Below are positions 58,620-64,000 of a stretch of 64,000 bases of DNA, one piece after another. The position numbers and the translations under genes were made by a program. The notes beneath the pieces are model-generated. The model worked only from the letters and a program-made list of their open reading frames with translations. It was not told the origin of the DNA and did no database searches. Positions within the stretch are counted from its first letter, which is position 1. Each line of letters begins with the position of its first letter. Source of the DNA: Schmidtea polychroa (lineage: Eukaryota); NCBI GenBank assembly GCA_044892525.1, contig CM097885.1:211668001-211732000 (forward strand). The letters run 5' to 3'.

Positions 58620-61511
58620 AAAATATCAAGATAATCAAAAATGTTACCAGTTTTTCAACAGAATCAGAGATGAAGCTATAAAAATTTGTAAAGAAATTGG
58701 AATATTTTCATCTCATTCAAATAAGTGAAAGAAAAAAAGAACCTGGTGAAAAAGCTGATGATGAATCTCATTCAATTACGAATGAAGTCAAGATTAAGTA
58801 TTTATATTTTAATGTATTGGAACTTATAACAAACCTGCTCATAGATAGGTTTGATGAGATATCTACATCGTTTGAATTTTTGTCGGGAGAGAAGTTAATG
58901 TCTACATCCATGTTATTATTAAGTAAAGCAGTAATAGATATTTGTTTGGAGTATTCAGAATTGGATTGCGGTGAAATACGGAATGAAATCGAATGCTTTA
59001 AATTTCAAAGTGTAGAGCTGTTTAATAGGGTGGAGTGAAAAAAAAACTTGTTCACAATCAATTCAGCATAGTTTAGAAAAGACGTACCAATACCAGTTAC
59101 AAACATGTGCAAAATATAATAAATCATAAAAATATTTTTAGGCTCACCCAATGCAATCTAAATAAGGTATGTCGAGTTGATTTTTAGAGCACGCGATTGA
59201 CGACAAGGGGCATAACTGTATAGTGTTTACTATACAGTGTATAGCGTATACCAACCAGGGCTTCCAGTACATACATTACGTTTAACTTGATTTTGAACAA
59301 TCCTAATTTGTCAGTTACTTACTTGTCGATTTATATATTCTAAGACGTCATTTACCTGAAGCGGAAGTTGTGCAACAGTGTTGTTTTTAGGCTGTGTAAT
59401 GTATTTTTTTTCATTTGCCAGACAGAGTAGTGTATCCACTCACTGCATCCGTGTGGACTGTGTTGGAGCATCCGCTGTGTTCACTACACTTAGAACATTA
59501 GTTTATGAGATATTATAATAATGTTGTTTGTTAAAATAGCACATGACAGTAATTATGAAATAAGACTAAATACTATTCACTGAATAGAATCTCTCATATG
59601 TGGTCGCAAAGACAATACTTTAGTTAACGTTAAAGCTGACACCGGAAAATATCATCGTAAAGAAATAACTGAGGAACATATCGTTATGGTCCGAGACCCA
59701 GGATCGACGTACTATTGCCATGTAACGCCAGAGGGTAGCACCAGCAAGAGCATCATTAAAGCAATGACAACCGCACTAGTTTGCAAAACGGACCTCAAGG
59801 AGCTCATCGTCGTCGGTTGTGATGGCACAGCCGTGAATACCGGCCGAACTGGTGGCGTGATACGCCTGCTTGAACTCAAACTGAAACGCCCCTTGCAATG
59901 GCTGGTGTGCTTACTCCATGCCAACGAGTTGCCACTTCGACATCTGTTTCAGTCTCTTGATGGCGCAACGACGGGATTACATGGATTCGCAGGAACACTT
60001 GGCAAGGCGTTAAACAAGTGCGAATAGTTGCCTGTTGTCGAAAACCGACCGGTCGAGACTACCACACGTTGATCCTCGCAACTTGAGTACGGATCAGCGA
60101 TATCTGTACGAAATCGCTCAAGCGGTTTCGAGTGGTGAGTGTTCGAGAGATCTGTCACTGAGAAATCCAGGCGCTCTCAATCACTCACGATGGCTGACCA
60201 CAGCTAATCGCCTGCTGCGATTGTACGTTGGATGCGAAAATCCGTCTAACACTTTGGTCACCATTGTCACATTCATCGTTCGGTTGTATGTTGTGACATG
60301 GTTCCACATCAAGCAAAATCCATCGTGCAAGGATGGAGCGAGACACGTGTTCTTGATGATCCAGAACTCGTGGTACCTGACGGACCATCGTGGATCCCGT
60401 CATCCAGCGCAACAGCTACTTCGCTAACCCAGAAAATCAGTTGCTGTCCATGATGACCGACGAACGACCAAGCATTCGTGAACTAGCCCTCCATAGAATT
60501 CTGAAGGCACGAGACCAGCCGAAGAGGAAGGGCGTTCGGCAGTTCACAGTTCCGTCGATTAACTTTGACTGCACAGACTACACCGAAATGATTGACTGGT
60601 CGACAGTGAGTGTGACCGAGCCACCAGTCACAATGAGTATCAGTGACGATGACCTCCGACAGTTCATACGTGAACCAACTACGCCCGTGGTCAAATTTAA
60701 CAGATACCCATGCCACACGCAGGCTGTGGAGAGGTGCATCAAGGTGGTGACTGAGGCATCTCAGTCTGTGAGTGGTGAGAAACGACGAGACGGTTTTATC
60801 CGTACAAGACTGGAGTCTAGGGCAAAAATGCCCGTTTTCGACACAAAACGGGACTTCAATATGTGAGTCGTATCGACTCATTTGAATGTGTGTGTTTTTA
60901 TTGAGACAATATGTTAAAACTGTGCCAAAACTGCCTAAAAATGTTTCTGATAATATAGAAGCAAATTGTATCACTATTTTTCAGTATATTATAATTAAAC
61001 ATTTTCGGTAAAATGTCCAAATATTGTCATTTTCATCGCTCGTGGGGGAGCCTAAGATATCAACTTATCAAGTTGAACTTTTAATATCTTTTAGATGACA
61101 ACACTCCACGTCTTTTCATTGCTATTCCAAGTAAAAACTCTCAAAATGATTTTTTTCTCACTTTTCACTCCACCCTACTGTTTAATAGTTTAAACTCTAC
61201 ATCATTTTGAAATTTTAAAGGAAATTGTAGCACTTAATTTGTGAGACACTTTTCCAAATATTTATGTTGCTCTACAAATTTTATTAACACTTCCAGTAAC
61301 TGTGGCTAGTGGATACAGAGGTTTTTCCAAACTTATGCTCAAAAATTACTTGCGTTCGGCAATGAAACAAGATCGCTTAAGTGGATTAGCTATATTGTCG
61401 ATTAGCTATATTAGCTATATAATCGAATATGATTTATTTGAAGAAATAAATTTTGATGACATAATCAATGAATTTACAAACATTAAAACAAGAAAAATTA
61501 AATTAAATTAA
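58620..61511 (+). pseudogene. hAT transposase C-terminal remnant split by the 59026-61177 insertion
   Basis: Left part ..YFNVL......L.DRF; right part FPNI..AL.ILLTLPVT.ASG.R.FSKL...LRS.M.Q.RL..LAILSI (hAT dimerisation domain). Confidence 0.8.
59026..61177 (+). mobile_element. hATm-like DNA transposon, GC-rich, defective transposase (~59600-60866)
   Basis: Perfect 16-bp TIR TAGGGTGGAGTGAAAA; flanks CTGTTTAA / CTGTTTTAA; motifs GCDGTAVNTG, WLVCLLHANELPLRHLF, HSRWLTTANR, PCHTQAVER; subfamily name from memory of motifs. Confidence 0.8.
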
Positions 61512-62589
61512 AAAATTTGCTAAGCATTGAATTTTTTAAAATTATTACATTTATTAAAAATCAACAAATGCAATAATTTTAAATTAAAAAATTGTGTTGA
61601 ATTTATAAAGAATTTATGTTATCTTTTTTTGGTTACCCGTCAAAAGGGATCGGGACAAAACGGCCCGACAAAAAGACCCCCATCAAAATAGTCCCCGGAA
61701 AAAATGAATTCTGACAAAATGCTCTTGGCAAAATGGTCCCGACAAAAGGACCTTTGATATAAGGGCTTTTGTCAAAAACGACCCCTGTCAAAAGGGCTCC
61801 GGCCGATAGAACCGTGTAAACACTGAGTAAACAAAAATACACTGTTTCCGGAAGTTTAACAACCCATCAACAACTATACACTTATCTCCACTCGCTCTGG
61901 AAATCCGTAAATTCTATTTTACACCGCACCGCCACATATTCTCTTCCTGACAAGCCTGATACATCCACTCTTGCTAACGCATTCCGTGAATTTTTCTGAC
62001 TGATTGATCGAATTCGTGCCAAATTTACTATTCCGGCCTCTCATGGTCCATATAAAATTCCAACTATGCCCCGCTAAAACCATTCCATGGTACTATCTGC
62101 ATGTGTAATAACATACGTATAGAACCTATTTTAAACAGTCCAAATTGTTTGTAGCCATAGGTAGGAAATCTTTTGGCATTTACCACTGGTAAAATTACCA
62201 GTTGACTATTAAAAAGTCACGGACTACGTCATCATAGCAACGTCACAATACATTATTGGTGTCGTTTTCAATACGACATGCATATAATAAAAGTCACGCT
62301 ATGTCACAAATTTCTCACCCCCTCTCGAGAAATTAAGACATTATTTACATGTCTATAAATCATACACGCAAGAAATTTCGTATAATTGTAGACTCCGTTC
62401 AAAAATAATAATGATAATAATAATAATACTAAACTTCTTTAAGCATCGTGCTTAACACTATGTGTCATTCGATGGTATTTGAATAAATCTGAATTAATGC
62501 ATAAGTAATGGTAAATTGAAATCGAAAAGAAACAGTCCAGAAAGAGAAACCGGCTAAGGAGGACGAAGATATGGCACCTGTTTGCAAAT

Positions 62590-62890
62590 ATGAGTTTTTA
62601 GTTTAGTTTGAAAGGTTGTAATTGATGGAGCCAGGTGGATATCGGAAGGAAGAGAATTCCAGAGTCTAGGAGCAGCAATAGAAAATCATTTTTTGTCCAT
62701 GGAGGTAGTGGCAGAAAGTGGAAATAAAGCATTAGAGTTTGTTGATCTGGTGTGGATAGTGTGAGATGAAAAAGACAAGATTTTGCGAAGATAGAAAAGC
62801 TGATTGTTTTTAAGAGATTTGTATGTAAGAAAACATGTTTTGAATTCAATGCGTTGTTTTAATGGGAGCCAGTGAAGTTCTTATAAGACA
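62590..62890 (-). mobile_element. L2/CR1-group LINE 3' remnant
   Basis: WLPIKQRIEFK...TYK.L, FSIAAPRLWNSLP, F..KLKTH. Confidence 0.75.
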
Positions 62891-62939
62891 GGTTTTATGT
62901 GTTCGCGATTAGAAGTAAAGGAGATGGCCGTGCAAGTGA

Positions 62940-63601
62940 TCAAATTATCACACCACCGGTTTGAAGCGTCAGCTTAAAACTCACTTTTTCAGTCAAGTTT
63001 TTTAGTAACCCGGTTTTATTTACGGAGTATGTAATGCCCGCTGGTCTTTATGTAAGTGGGCATGCATATATGACTTCGAGCTTGTTTAGTTCAGTTGTTT
63101 AATGCCATTGTAGAGAGAATTTAATATATGAATTTATTATCAACAACTTTATGGCTCTAATTCTAAATTACGAGTTCTAATTCTAAGAACTTTCAATGTT
63201 TTAGGATATTTTACCAAAATTTCGATTGTAGAATTTAAGAGCAATTATGCTATACAAGTTGAAATAGAAAAAAAGAATATAGAAAAGAAAACAAAGTTAG
63301 ATTACTATGACCGGGTGAAAGCTACTAGGCACCTGTGTTGAGTATTTTTGAGAATCTTTGAGATTTCTCCTAATTCTACCATGTCAGCTACGAAACGGCT
63401 GAACATCTTGCAAATTATTTCACCACCAGTTTGAAGCGTCACCATAAAACCCACTTTTAAAACCCACAACCGTTTTATTTACGAACTATGTAATGCCCGC
63501 TGGTCTTTATGTAAGTGGGCATGAATCTTTATGTATGTGTGTATGCATGTACGACTTCGAGCTTGTTTAGTTCAGCTGTTTAATGCCATTGTAGAGAGAA
63601 T
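62940..63601 (+). repeat. Two diverged direct copies of a ~180-bp repeat (62940-63120, 63410-63601)
   Basis: Shared blocks CACCACC.GTTTGAAGCGTCA, TAATGCCCGCTGGTCTTTATGTAAGTGGGCATG, ACTTCGAGCTTGTTTAGTTCAG. Confidence 0.8.
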
Positions 63602-64000
63602 TGCAGCACTATTCTTTAAGATCCAATTCTATGTATTTTTATCTACGTATTCCTATTAGCGGGGCCCTTTTGTCAAAATTCCTTTTGATGGGTACTTTTT
63701 CTTATAATAACATTTGAAATAAATCAAAATTAAAAATTGAAGTTAATTTTTTATATGATTTATATAGTTGTGATAGTAGGCGCTATTCTAAATGCTTTCA
63801 ATAGGCTTTTAAGGATTTTAAACAAACTTATTAATTATTTTTAAAAATTTTTATTAATTATTTAATTTAATACAACAATCAATACATACAATATAAAAAA
63901 ACCTATTTAAAAACACTCAAAACACAAGTATTTACTGCATTCTGCACATTAATTTTCCGATTTAATGATTTTATCAACAACGCCTGACAAATCACGTTCC

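Noticed and set aside
61640-61800. CGACAAAA-type short repeats, possible MULE/MITE subterminal array
   Set aside because: No matching TIR and TSD identified

Overview
AT-rich animal (invertebrate) genomic DNA with several N gaps, dominated by Polinton/Maverick (adintovirus-like) endogenous viral elements and other transposons. (1) 1-~8290: right part of a decayed Polinton, element A. It encodes a penton, adenain protease, GxGLYL-repeat protein, packaging ATPase, Zn-finger-PLA2-integrase fusion and a frameshifted major capsid gene. It also carries three 73-nt tRNA-sized Pol III-like units and structured subterminal DNA. (2) 10601-25104: a full-length 14.5-kb Maverick of a different lineage, element B, with a 6-bp TSD (GCTACC) and TIRs built from reiterated terminus repeats. 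It encodes an ATPase, chromo-integrase, minor and major capsid proteins, a protease and a protein-primed PolB. It also encodes a compact TATA-binding-protein-like ORF and contains short (43-52 nt) spliceosomal-type introns matching the size of host introns. (3) ~36060-37735: a degraded fragment related to element B. Host genes are the 3' exons of a PLCXD-like gene and a 4-exon opsin (non-rhabdomeric, xenopsin-like by inference) whose introns are filled with TEs. The rest is MITEs and decayed hAT, hATm-like, Harbinger, Tc1, pogo, Merlin, Gypsy, Penelope and L2 sequences, plus a proteasome-alpha pseudogene fragment. All calls come from reading the sequence and recognising motifs; no database searches were run.
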